Source of the DNA: a virus | Lineage: Duplodnaviria > Caudoviricetes | Direction: 5' to 3' (one strand) | DNA: 64,000 nucleotides | Virus record (IMG/VR): IMGVR_UViG_3300028886_000045 | Part shown: positions 10,714 through 22,424 of the stretch, piece after piece | How the letters are laid out: each line of letters begins with the position of its first letter | Position numbering within the stretch: position 1 is the stretch's first letter | Made by a program: the position numbers and the translations under genes | Notes under the pieces: model-generated | Database searches by the model: none | Seen by the model: the letters and a program-made list of their open reading frames with translations, nothing else | Told to the model about the DNA's origin: nothing

Positions 10714-10965
10714 TTAATTGTATCTTAAAATGGCTTCTCCTTCTGCCTTGCGAGGACGAACATACAACTTCTGAACAGCAACTTTTGCCATACCTAAATT
10801 ATACTCATAATTCATATCCTTTAAGTGTTCTAACCATTGGATGCCGTACTTCTTCTTATCGCTTTCCCTACGCTTTTCAAACCAAGCGTTAGCCTCTGCC
10901 TCAGACTTGAAAGACTTGTAACTGCTTGACATTCTGTAAGTGTTGAAAATAACGATTTTATACAT
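10714..10965 (-). CDS. Hypothetical protein (start revised to MYKIVIF)
   Basis: The track's N-terminal extension overlaps the promoter and pseudoknot 10975-11000. Confidence 0.75.
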   Translation of the reverse strand: MYKIVIFNTYRMSSSYKSFKSEAEANAWFEKRRESDKKKYGIQWLEHLKDMNYEYNLGMAKVAVQKLYVRPRKAEGEAILRYN

Positions 10966-11238
10966 AATCTTTGTGACCTTGTTATCCTCTCGGTCGTGAG
11001 TTCTAATTTTTATTATTTCTTTCTTTTTACAATGCAAAGGTACGACTTTTTCTTGAATTATGCAAATTTTTTACCAACTTTTTTCAGCCAAATACCAACT
11101 TTTTTCACTTTTGTAATGTAGGGATGACAAAACACAACACCCCCACTACGTTCCTATACCCCACAGACGCAAAAAGGACGGTCTGCACCGCCCTCCTTGG
11201 TTCTGAAATCAATCTTAATGCCTAAAAGAAAAAGTACC

Positions 11239-11556
11239 TTATATTTCCAATTTTTCCATAGTGGTGACAATCTTTTTTTCTGCATCGTAGATAACGACAT
11301 TCATTTTGGCATAGTTTACCAAAGTATCAAAGTTGTCATTCCACATAACTCCTACCCTTCCGATTTTGTGTCCCTCGTGGCGTGTTTCGCAATCAATAAG
11401 GTAACACATCCATTTCTTGAATACTTCCAAATCTTCGTCACAAACCCTATACGAATCTGCAAGCGATATAATGACTAAGTGGTTAGGGTATTTCTGCTTT
11501 AGGGTCTTGTAAACCTTTATTGTGCCCTCCTTGAAAGTCTTATTTAGATGTACCAT
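11239..11556 (-). CDS. Hypothetical protein, weakly MutS-domain-I-like
   Basis: YKTLKQKYPNHLVIISLADSY; pseudoknot leader at 11565-11590. Confidence 0.55.
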   Translation of the reverse strand: MVHLNKTFKEGTIKVYKTLKQKYPNHLVIISLADSYRVCDEDLEVFKKWMCYLIDCETRHEGHKIGRVGVMWNDNFDTLVNYAKMNVVIYDAEKKIVTTMEKLEI

Positions 11557-12012
11557 AATATTGCAACCTTTTTTTGCCCTTGGTCGTGGGTTCTATCTGT
11601 TTAACTTCGTTTTCTGAAAAGTGGGATGGGTGTTACCCCACCCCTTGTTTCCCCTTTCGTAATCAAAAAAACTTATGAAATAAAACATGATACTCACTTG
11701 TAAAAATACACGTTGGCGATTTTCTTTACTAACTTGTACCTATACCCACAGCCTAAAGTGAGTTCGTACACGTTACGCGCCACGGCTTCATCCATATTGT
11801 CAATATCTGTCATGTCATAGACAATAAGATGTTTGGTCATATCTGCTTTCGGCTTCTTTCCGTCTTGCAAGATTATCACCACCGCCACATTTTCGCTTTC
11901 TGAACTTGTGACATCTTCGATATTCGCAAACTGACAATATATAACGCTACCTTGCATAAGAAAATGACTTTACCGTGGTGTCGAGGGCTTAAAGTGAATG
12001 ATTAAGTGACTA

Positions 12013-12327
12013 TTACAAACCCTTCTTGTAAGGCTCGTTTCTAACGTAGATGTCACGCTCTACTGAAAGTCCGAATGAGCCTTTGATAGACTGCAACTCT
12101 GATAGGGTGAAATAACCCATTTCGCTACCCATCTCGTTCTCAACCATACCGAAGAAAGTCCAATCACCGTTCTCCATTTTCTCAGCCTCGAAAACGTACC
12201 AAGTCCAACTTGACCAAGGGGTGAAGAACTTAACAATCACCTTCTTGTCCTTCTGTCCGTCTGTTGAATAAAGAGGTGCTTTCAACAAATCCTTCTCAAC
12301 CTGCTTTGTAACTAACTTCTGCTTCAT
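12013..12327 (-). CDS. DUF2958-family protein
   Basis: LYSTD...VKFFTPWSSWTWYVFE...FFGMV...EMGYFTLSEL...VERD. Confidence 0.8.
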   Translation of the reverse strand: MKQKLVTKQVEKDLLKAPLYSTDGQKDKKVIVKFFTPWSSWTWYVFEAEKMENGDWTFFGMVENEMGSEMGYFTLSELQSIKGSFGLSVERDIYVRNEPYKKGL

Positions 12328-12903
12328 ATTCTTTGTGACCTTGTTATTCTCTTGGTCGTGAGTTCTAAATTGTTTGTTTCTTAATTATTACACTGCAAAG
12401 GTACTACTTTTTTCTGATATTTGCAAGTTTTTTGCCAACTTTTTTCAATATTTTTTTGTATTTTCTTGGTTTTTTCTTGGTATAGTTGGTAAACATACCA
12501 ATTTTGCCATCCCCACATGGCAAAAACGGCACTTTTGGGGTGTTTTTCTGTCTGCCTTATTTGTATATATATAAGGTGTAAAATCGGCACAAAAAAGAAA
12601 CACGCCCCCATTAAAGAAGGCGTGCGGTCTTGTTTATTAGGTGCTCTGTTTCTTTCGTTGCTTCTGCAATACATTTGCAAGCAATATCCGCAAGGTCTTT
12701 TATCATTTGTTCCTTGCTTTCTTCTGACTCTTTAGAATACTTTTCAAATTCGGTCATTATCTGACCTTGTGCAACCCCATCCAAGAAAACCACATATTCC
12801 TTTGCGTTATCCTTTCGTGGCTGTCGCACCCAATCCTTGAACGCCTTTATGTAGTCTTTGGGCGTTTTTATCTCAATCGTGAATTTTATCATTGCTTTTC
12901 GGT

Positions 12904-13329
12904 TTAATATGCTATCGCGTAATGGTCTTTCGGTTTACGCTTGATTTCCAAGCCGTGCAACTGCATAATTCGCTTTCGTGCGCTTTGTATGCTATTAAGG
13001 CTTATATCAAAATGCTTTGCGATTTCTTCCATAGACGCGCCACCGCTATACATAGCCTTGAATATCTGCGCGTTTGCAAGATTCCATTTGCAACCTTGAC
13101 CCGATTTCTTCTTCAACGAATACTTTTTTACATAGTATATAACCGTTGAGATATGACAACCTAACTTTCGCGCAATTTCCGCTTGTGTCATATCCTCAAT
13201 GTGCGCCTTGATAAACTCTTTATTCTTATCTGTCAATCGCACGTTATCCTTTTTCTTATTCTTCATCTTCATAATATTTTCTATTTCCTTTCTATTTGAA
13301 TTTCCCAATCCAAAGTTTTCCCCCAACAT
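12904..13329 (-). CDS. HTH DNA-binding protein with two HTH motifs
   Basis: MTQAEIARKLGCHISTV; ASMEEIAKHFDISLNSI. Confidence 0.7.
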   Translation of the reverse strand: MLGENFGLGNSNRKEIENIMKMKNKKKDNVRLTDKNKEFIKAHIEDMTQAEIARKLGCHISTVIYYVKKYSLKKKSGQGCKWNLANAQIFKAMYSGGASMEEIAKHFDISLNSIQSARKRIMQLHGLEIKRKPKDHYAIAY

Positions 13330-13816
13330 CCCATTTTAGGAACGTCTTCTTTTCTTTTTCTTGCCCATTGTCTTCATGCCGTAGTTCTTGGGCGTGCTAT
13401 CTACAAACAAATATGGATGAACCCTAACCAAATCCCACGGCACACGATGTAATTCAAACGTAATAGGTTCGCGGTTTCCAAGCATAGCCATACCTTACCC
13501 CTTTCTTTTCTTACGCTTCACATAGTCATTGCAAGCAATATCGTTTGGTCGTATGTGGCGATTTGCCTTGCAACCATCGAATTTCTTACAAGACTTGCAC
13601 TTACGCTTTTCTTCGCGACTTTGTTGTGGTTTTGGTTTTTCCACAAAAGAGGGTACAACCGAAGGCTCGCTAACACTTAGTGAAGCGAATAAACTCCCTG
13701 CCGCCCTTATGACATCCTTTAATCCTAACTTTCCCATTTCCTTAAACTTTTATTTGCCCTTATTTTTTGCAAATATACGAAATATTTCCGTAATATGCAA
13801 ACTTATTACCAACTTT

Positions 13817-14386
13817 TTAGATATTATCGAGGTCAAACCTAAATCTGTCCGCGCTAAATCCCCATCCGCATTGCCTTAGTGCATTCTGCAACTCATGGAC
13901 ATAACAGACATTAAACAATACATAGTTATTATCGTTGTGGTCTGTGAACACCTCGACATGAAAGGTATCTTCGTAACTGTCCTCGCTTATATGAAACAAT
14001 ACGTCCCTACCATCGAAAACGGGCGCAAAGAAATAACCACATACCGCAGTTGCACATTGCTCAAACTGATTTATTCTTAGCATTTCAGTTTTCAGCGCAA
14101 TAGGCTTCAAGTCACCCAAATGCACCTTATAGGAACATTTTTGTATTGGGTTATATACTTGCGCATATCTATCGTTATCGTCATCCGTCTTTGTAGGATA
14201 ACCATATTTCTTGTTACTTCTGTTGTAATCGCTTGTGCCCACGCTTTCGATTTTGACATAACTACCCTCGCGTGCGTCCATTACCCAATTACCAACAGAC
14301 AACTCTCTCGCCTTTACATAACTAATCTTTTCCACGTTCTTTCCGTTTAATATTCTACTTTTCCGAAAACTTCTTACATTGCGCAA
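13817..14386 (-). CDS. Phage hypothetical protein, family B
   Basis: PIAL...YVHELQNALRQCG. Confidence 0.75.
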   Translation of the reverse strand: MRNVRSFRKSRILNGKNVEKISYVKARELSVGNWVMDAREGSYVKIESVGTSDYNRSNKKYGYPTKTDDDNDRYAQVYNPIQKCSYKVHLGDLKPIALKTEMLRINQFEQCATAVCGYFFAPVFDGRDVLFHISEDSYEDTFHVEVFTDHNDNNYVLFNVCYVHELQNALRQCGWGFSADRFRFDLDNI

Positions 14387-15154
14387 ACGTGTTTATATCC
14401 AACACCGTTGCACCGACAAACACGTTACGCCTACAACCATAGACACCCTTAATCTGTGATTCTTGCAAGTGCCTACAATCAAAGCAACGGCTTTCCCCTT
14501 TGCCTTTTTCCATACGCTAATTTTTCTTGATTTTCTTCTTTAGCGTACCGATTTCATTTTGCAGTTTCTTTAACTGCATTTCCTTTTCCGCTAACTCCCT
14601 TTCGTCTTGATGATAACGCCTTACTTCTTCGCCTATCAAACGATATAGACGCAAAGCCTTTTGTGGAGTATCTTCCATCACCTCCCTTTCTGTGCACAAA
14701 CCATTCGAGTTATTATAACAAATGGTCAAATCCTTTGGCAAAGTTGAAAGATACTTGATTGCATCGGCTACTGACACCCCTACAATCTCATCCATATCCA
14801 AGTCTTTGCTTACCGTTACTTTCCGTGTCAAAAAAGGATAAGCATCATTTTCAAGTGAGCGGTCAAATATCTCTTCAAAATTAGGCTCATCCGAAAAATA
14901 TTGCTCTTTCAGATACTTCCTAACTGCTTCTATGCCTTCTATTTCTACTTTCTTTGCCATATCCTAATCGAATTTGTCTAAACATTTCTTGCAGTCGATT
15001 TTGTGCTCGAAAGGCTTGTTTCCGTAAAACACATATTCGTGTCCGTCATACACCTCGGTATGGAAACCGCGCAAACCATCGTATGCAACGTAAGCGATAC
15101 CAAGCATTAACACACTTAGCACGACTGCCAACAATATCTTTTCTTGCTTCATAT

Positions 15155-15481
15155 TCATTTCAAGTCCCTACAATATACCATTAACTCGTCCAACCCAAAA
15201 AACGCAAACAATCTAACCAAATCATTCTTGTTTTCTATTGGGCATTTTACCGACCGATACTCATCCATCCTATAAGATGAGCCAACGTGCGACTCTACAA
15301 AGACTTTATCCATATACTGAATAAAGTAAAAGTAATGCCCACAATAAGGCTTTCCAAGCATTGTCTTTTCCCCCTTGCGTGACCTTTCAATATACCAAAA
15401 GTCGTATAATCTGCATAAAGACTTTACCTTTTCTATCCAAAGGTGTTGCTCTGCCTCTTGTTTTATTCTTTCATTATCCAT
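15155..15481 (-). CDS. Hypothetical protein with promoter and pseudoknot leader
   Basis: Leader at 15491-15516. Confidence 0.75.
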   Translation of the reverse strand: MDNERIKQEAEQHLWIEKVKSLCRLYDFWYIERSRKGEKTMLGKPYCGHYFYFIQYMDKVFVESHVGSSYRMDEYRSVKCPIENKNDLVRLFAFFGLDELMVYCRDLK

Positions 15482-16992
15482 AATGGATATGACTTTTTTA
15501 TCCTCTTAGTCGTGAGTTCTGATTATTATTTGTCATTTCTTTTTACAATGCAAAGGTACAAATAAATTTTGTATTTTGCAAGTTTTTTGCCAACTTTATT
15601 TGTAATTTGTTGGTATTTCTTTAATTTTATAATGTGTAGATAGCAAAACAGCACTCTTGGGATAACAAAAAACCACGCCCCACATAAAGGCATGGTCTTT
15701 GTTCCGCTTACCCCCTACAATTCGCCAATACTTGCCTCTTCTTCATGATAAAGCATTTTGGCATAATCAAGGAAACGCTTTTTGTTTTCCTCATTCTCCG
15801 CTTCTTTCGCCCAATCAGAAATTATATGCCAATCAGTATAAGGCACTTCCGACATTGCCTTCAAGCGTTCTTTGTCCGTTTTTAGATTCTTGTAGTTCAT
15901 AACTGATTTTACGTTTATTGTTATAGTGTGGATGGTTGTTTTACAATACCCTTTTCCTTTAGCCTTTCTTCCATCACAAAAGGGTCTGTCTCGCTTGCTT
16001 GTGCGCATAGCATGGTAAACAACAAATCCGCTTGACCGCTACTTAATACTAACTTTTTCATTTTATCCCCCTTTCTTAATCGAAAATCGTTTTGAAAACC
16101 TTTATCCCTTTCATATACCCATTTTCACAGACATTCTCTTGTTTCTGCTTCAAAACTACTTCCATAGCGTGTTTATACCCTGCTAAATACGCGCGTTCAA
16201 TCCATTCCAACGATATAAAGTCGTTTTCATTCAGTCCAAACGCACGCTTTCCGTAGTTACGCCCACGCTTCTTTATTTCTTTTGCATTGCTTTTGAGCAT
16301 ATCTCATCCCCCCTCCATAGGTTACAAAATTCATCTGTGTCCGTGCGTATGATTTTACAATCATGGCGCAAAGCACACGTTTTGCATCTGTATGCCACGT
16401 TAGGCGTTGTGTCCATGTATTTCTTCTTAAACCAATCAGAAACGTGTGTTGTAACCTTATCACCATTTGCATAATCGGTTATTGTCACAACCCTACAAAC
16501 AAGGTCTGTACCAAGTGTGAACTCGGTCGTACAACCCTCCTTTGCAACCCCACTTGAAGGTCTTATATCCAACCTATGATAATATACGGCTCTCATAAAG
16601 TCGTTCTTTTTTACTTCTGTCATATTTCTAAAGTATTACAAGTTAAAAACTAAGGTTTCTTAAACTTCGTGGCAAATCCCTTTTGCGTATATCCAAGCCT
16701 AAAATTTCAGCGAATTTTGACTTTCCGACATCCTTTAGGTTCTTTCTGCCTACCTTATCATGCACATTGATAATACGCAAATAACCACTACCGTTCTTGT
16801 AGGTCTTTTTATTGCCAAAGACACCAACCCAACAATAACCCTTTTGACGAAAAGCGAATTTCAAACACAAATCGTTATAACGACTGCTATCATTTTGAAC
16901 ACCTTCATGTCCCTTTGACATTATCGCACAACACAAATCCCAACCCTCTTGAATTGTGTGTACCCTCGTCCTATATCCCCTAAGTCCTTTTA

Positions 16993-17202
16993 TCATTTTT
17001 CCAACACCTTGATGTCCATTTCTATTGCAATAGGCTTTTTATCATCCCATTGCGGATTTATCCCCTTTGGCAGAAACTCCCCTTGCAGTTCTGTAAAGTC
17101 GTTTTCTACCGAAAACCAACCAATCGCCATCTTTTTAGGGCGTTTGTGGTAAAGATAGACACCGCCACCTTTGTCCCTTGCTATGTATGCTTTTACCTTC
17201 AT
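16993..17202 (-). CDS. Phage hypothetical protein, family C
   Basis: KAYIARDKGG...LPKGINPQWDD; paralogs at 26147, 35027, 43066. Confidence 0.75.
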   Translation of the reverse strand: MKVKAYIARDKGGGVYLYHKRPKKMAIGWFSVENDFTELQGEFLPKGINPQWDDKKPIAIEMDIKVLEK

Positions 17203-17624
17203 ACTTCTTTTATTTTTAGGTTGTTTAATAACTTGTTGAATCCCAAAAGCCTTATTGCATTCTGAAACTCATGCACATAACTCATTTGCATTACCAAAGA
17301 CTTGCTTTCCGCTATGATAGACAACGTAAACAAGTAATGGTCGTTGTTCTTATCCTTTCCGTATCTGACCGTTATCGCAGACTGATTACTGTCTTCATAG
17401 TACACATATATGTTTTCACATACTGCAATAAAGCCGTTATCCAAAAGGTGTTTCGGCTTCAAAGGTATTGGCATAGCCAAATACAAAGGTATGCGTGAAC
17501 ACATCAAATGCACATCCTTATGGTTCGCGTAAAGTACCTCGTAAGGCTTTACTTTGCCCCTTTCTTCATACCCTACCATGTTTCCATAAGCAAGTTCTGT
17601 GTGCTTTAACTTTCTTATATTCAT
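17199..17624 (-). CDS. Phage hypothetical protein, family B
   Basis: PIPL...NGF...YVHEFQNAIRL. Confidence 0.75.
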   Translation of the reverse strand: MNIRKLKHTELAYGNMVGYEERGKVKPYEVLYANHKDVHLMCSRIPLYLAMPIPLKPKHLLDNGFIAVCENIYVYYEDSNQSAITVRYGKDKNNDHYLFTLSIIAESKSLVMQMSYVHEFQNAIRLLGFNKLLNNLKIKEV

Positions 17625-18131
17625 GCTTTACCCTCCTTTATGATTTTGTAAAACTTTTTACGATTGCAACCGCGCCTAACGGCTTCATCCAAAAGTCTTA
17701 ACGCGATTTCTTCACTTTCGACTTCGATAAACTTCAAAGTTTCAGTATTGACATGATACTTCAACTCCCCTTCTTGACATAGTGGGACACATTTAGGATG
17801 TTGGAAATTTTCGCGTCCTATCCCCCACACAGAATAGCCGTGAGGCACTTCTTTTACTTCTTTGTAAGTGCGCGTATTATAACGACTTGTATTTATGATA
17901 GTTCTCATTCTTTCCATAACGCCTACTTTTCATTACAAGAAACATACTTATCATAACGCTTTTGCATAAGTTGATTTGAACTATTGCAAAGCACACTTGC
18001 ATCATCGCAGACTTTTTCTTTTATCAGTCTTTCCGCGATTTGGTACGCTTGCAGTTCGGTTTTATTCACAGCGTATATGACTTTCTTCTTTTTGCTAAGA
18101 ACTGCATATATTCTTGATTTGTCCGTTTTAC

Positions 18132-18308
18132 TCATTTGTTTAGTTTATTTTCTTCATCTTCTATCATCTTTGCAACCTCTTCACAAAGACTATCTATCTT
18201 TTTACGCAATTCTGCCAAATCGCTATGTGCCACCGTTTTGGCACTTGCTACACAAAGACTTGTATAAATCTTTCCAAGCATCATTGCCTTGTGTTCTTGT
18301 CTTGTCAT
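18132..18308 (-). CDS. 58-aa protein absent from the ORF track (MTRQEHKAMMLGKIY...)
   Basis: ATG 9 nt after pseudoknot 18318-18343; stop overlaps the next start (ATGA). Confidence 0.75.
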   Translation of the reverse strand: MTRQEHKAMMLGKIYTSLCVASAKTVAHSDLAELRKKIDSLCEEVAKMIEDEENKLNK

Positions 18309-18349
18309 AACTTCTGTGGTCTTTATATCCCCTTGACCGTGGGTTCTAA

Positions 18350-18625
18350 TTAGATTTCTTCATTACTGAAAGCCTCAACCATTTCTGATAAAACGAACTC
18401 GAAGCCGTTACCCTTGATGATAACCTCATGGCTACCGTCCATATCGTAATTATCAGTAATAACGATTTCAACCTCTTCATTCAAAAGTGAAACCAACTTT
18501 TCTACTGAGATACCCCAAAAATCCCAAAAACCGTACATTTGGATTTCTTCAACTATCTCGTTGTCGCTTTCTACGCCACAATACCAAGAAAGGTAGTTTC
18601 TTAAAGTGCTCTTGATTGATTTCAT
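18350..18625 (-). CDS. Acidic hypothetical protein, paralog of 9060..9335
   Basis: High identity that extends into the flanking leaders. Confidence 0.85.
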   Translation of the reverse strand: MKSIKSTLRNYLSWYCGVESDNEIVEEIQMYGFWDFWGISVEKLVSLLNEEVEIVITDNYDMDGSHEVIIKGNGFEFVLSEMVEAFSNEEI

Positions 18626-20179
18626 ATTCTTTGTGACCTTGTTATTCTCTCGGTCGTGAGTTTTATTTGTTTAATACCTTTGTTTCTTAATCACAATGCA
18701 AAGGTACGAATATTTTTTGAACTTTGCAAATTTTTTGCCAACTTTTTTCATAAAAATACCAACTTTTACCAATTTTGTAATGTGTAGATAGCAAAATAAA
18801 GGGATAATGCAAAAGCACCACCCCTTTTAATGTTTTTCTTCTCCCATCAACACTATCCTCTTATTAAAGTTATCCAACCAATAGTTTACAACAGAATACC
18901 CACCCATACACCCATTCCTATTAAACAAGCGCACCTCTAATGGATATTGCGGATGGCTTTCACACAACTCCTTCAGCCGTTTTGTGTAGAAATCGCTTTC
19001 GTTCCTTTCTTTCGGCTTTATGTATTCTGCAATAGAAGCGTAAACGAATATCACGTCTTCATATATTTTGAATCTGTCACACCTACCGAATGCCAACCAA
19101 CTTATATAAAGGGTCAAAGGGCGCGTTACCACCCCCATAAAGGAACATACGCACATTAAGGGAAACCCCACAATGTAGTACAATGACAACAGAAATCTTC
19201 TTAATACGTTCATGCCTACTTTATTCTGAAACTTGATTTTGAAAAGCCTACGGAATCACGCATATCATAATACGCACTAACCTCCCTTTTGCGATTTGCA
19301 AAAAGTCTATTATCCCTAAACCAAGGGTCTTGCCACGTTTTAGAACTATGGCTAAAATCGCACAGACAATACAAACCGCTACGCCTTGACCCTTTGTTAG
19401 CGTATGGCTTTCTGTGTTCTTTTCCGCTTTCTATCGCCTTGAATAACATTTTGAATCCCCCCAAAGTCTAATGCACAACTATCCCCTATTATCCGCACAT
19501 CTTTCCGCTTCCAATTTTTCATATCGTCTTTGTGCGTCCTTCATCGCGGAATCATACCCACACCTATATCCTATAAGTATGCCTACGAGAACGGCAATCA
19601 TACCGCTCATAACACCCAAAATTAAATATGCTACTGCCATTTTACCAACCTCCTAATTGTTTTATGAATTTATCTACCTTTTCGCACAATGCAACCTCGC
19701 ATTGACTGAATGGACATACTACCTTACAGAAAGCCTCTTGCGCTTTCCATTTATCTATCTTTTCTTGGTCTTGCGCACCTTTCTTGTAGGCTTCCAACAC
19801 AGACGAAACCCCATAGTCTTGTGAACTGTCTGCAAGTGCCACGTTGTACTTTTCGCTTTCTGCCCTATCCTTGATAGGAACATTCATATCCTTTCTTGTT
19901 ATCTTATCCATATCAACGCCTCTAATTTTTCCTTGAACGCCCTATAACTTGCGCACGTCCCCCTTTCCGCACATTCGGCAATTCTATCAATTATTGGGCA
20001 TTCAGCCAAACAATGCGCTTTAAGTGCCTTTTCCATTGCGTCCTTTGCACACTTTTCGTACCCTTGCACATAGGCTTCACGTTTCTTTATCTGCAAATCC
20101 ATCAAAGTGGTGTTTATATCCACTTCTGCATCTGCACCGATAATAGGGTATTTTTCCCTCGCATTCTGTTTTGCTAACT

Positions 20180-20608
20180 TTAGCATACACTATCGTATTT
20201 CGTACCTATCACTTCCAACGAATCGGTACAATGTTGGTATTCTGAAATATTAAACGCACCGCCTTTGAACTGAACCTCCAAATCTTCGTAATTTTCCTCC
20301 CATTCCGTTCCACACAAAGGTTTTTTCTGACCCATTGAAATCCTTACAATATCCCCTTCAAAGATTTTTCTTTTGTTCTTATCGCACAACCCTGTGAACT
20401 GCCCCACCGTGTCTGAATCTACGAGGTGTATCAAGTCAAACCCCTCGCCATTGGCTGTATATCCGCTAACGTGTATCATATCACCGCCCATCTTATTCTT
20501 AACAAGGCTACCATACACGAAAGTACCGCTCGGAACATCATAGCCACCATCCCATCGCTTTAGACTATCAAATATCGTCTTTCCGCGAAATTCTATCGTT
20601 CTATTCAT
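20180..20608 (-). CDS. YopX-family protein
   Basis: MNRTIEFRGK...YGSL...TVGQFTGLCDKNKRKIFEGDIV...EVIG; start revised. Confidence 0.85.
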   Translation of the reverse strand: MNRTIEFRGKTIFDSLKRWDGGYDVPSGTFVYGSLVKNKMGGDMIHVSGYTANGEGFDLIHLVDSDTVGQFTGLCDKNKRKIFEGDIVRISMGQKKPLCGTEWEENYEDLEVQFKGGAFNISEYQHCTDSLEVIGTKYDSVC

Positions 20609-21981
20609 TTTCTTCTTCTTCTGCATCTTCAAACCAATCCAACAAAGTACCCGCGTCTTCGTTTCCGTCTTCGCGGTGCATTTGCTTGATAGTTTCAACA
20701 TCTACTTCGTCAAATTCAATCGAGGGCATATATTTGAATGAAGGTATGTATATCTTACCACAATCATATTCACCCACCGACATCCCATCTGTTGCACTTG
20801 CTATTGCTTCTAATAGCCTTTCACAAAGCAAACGGATATTTTTCTGTTTGTCTGACTGCTTTTCCATATCTACATTAAATAACTAAGGCGTTCTATCGTT
20901 TCCGAATCCACCCAATCATTAAATTTCCTACAACTTGTTTGGTGTAACCCCGTAGCCAAACGACCACAACAGCAAAACATACCACATTCATTAGAAAGTT
21001 CGTCAAACACATCTTTGCGTGTCTTGACAAACTCACCCAAATGTTCGCGCTTTAGGACTTCCAACTTTTCCGCTTTCTTCATGTCCATTCTGTGTCAATT
21101 TCAAACTCGGCTACACTATCTATGTAGTCATTTTCACTTCTCGTATAGCCCAAAAATTCACCATTTGCGAAATCCGCGTTTGTGAATGTAGGGGTCTTTC
21201 CGAAATTGTGATATTCGGCAAAACCTTCATCTTCGTGTAATATTTCCAATATCACATCACTTGTTTTTCTGTGTCTGTAATAATTGTAGTTATATACGGA
21301 TTTTGAAGGTATATGCTCGAAATCACGACTTACTATCTTATAGTGTGCCATACACTAACGCTGATGTGACGCGCACCACTCGTTTGCTTGTGTTACAGAC
21401 TTGAAACGCTTATCAATCACCTTTCCGTCTGCTTCCACGCGGAAATCACCCTTTCCCATCTTTACAATAGTAAGGTTATCGTACACCTCACCCTTTGGCT
21501 TGAAAACCGTTGGTGTTACAACTGCCTTTGGCTTCTCTATTGTAGGCAATACAACCGCCTTTGTAGCATTCTTTACATTTGTAGCAACTGACTTGCAGAA
21601 ATCCAAAGCCTCAGCGAGTGCCTTGTCTGCCTTACGCATTTTCTTGTTATTCATATTCTTATCTTTTGTTTTGTTTATTAAATATTGCTTCTATCTTATC
21701 GGCAACCTCTTGCGCTTCTTCTTTTGTACGAAAGTAATTACCTTTTTCATATCGTTTCGTATCAGAAATTCTGTATATGTCAAAATCGTAGTTTATGAAT
21801 ACATAATCATATACCCATACGAACCAATACAAACCGCCCTTTACGGCTCTCCATCTTTTTTCCATATACTTTTGTTTTTGTAAAGAAATCGCAAAGCGTG
21901 GCTCAAAGGTGCTTGGTTTTCACCCCAAACCGCTATGTAGGACTTCAAACCTCGTTTCCCCTTGCGATTTCTGTATTTTCT

Positions 21982-22254
21982 TTAATCGTTGAATACCAAT
22001 GTTGGCTTTAGTTCTTTGTATGTAAGATGTACCTTACGGCTTGAATACTTTCGGATAACCTTACCAACCACCTCGCCATTCAGCAAAATCTTGGTGTCCT
22101 TAATCCTATATCCTAACTTTAGAACATCGTAAACCTCACAAGGCATTACATTCTTGCTTGCATAGTTGGATTCAAAGCCGTTGAATCTGTTTACCTTATC
22201 TATGCCTTCGCATACATATTGCATTAACGCTTGCTTTACCTTGTTATCTACCAT
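21982..22254 (-). CDS. Hypothetical protein with promoter and pseudoknot leader
   Basis: Leader at 22265-22290. Confidence 0.75.
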   Translation of the reverse strand: MVDNKVKQALMQYVCEGIDKVNRFNGFESNYASKNVMPCEVYDVLKLGYRIKDTKILLNGEVVGKVIRKYSSRKVHLTYKELKPTLVFND

Positions 22255-22424
22255 ATTTATATATGACCTTGTTATTCTCTCGGTCGTGAGTTCTAAAATT
22301 TGTCTTTGTTTTTAATTACAATGCAAAGATACTACATTTTTCTGATATTTGCAAATTTTTTGCCAACTTTTTTCGATAAATTACCAACTTTTACCAATTT
22401 TGTAATCCCAACATGGCAATTACG

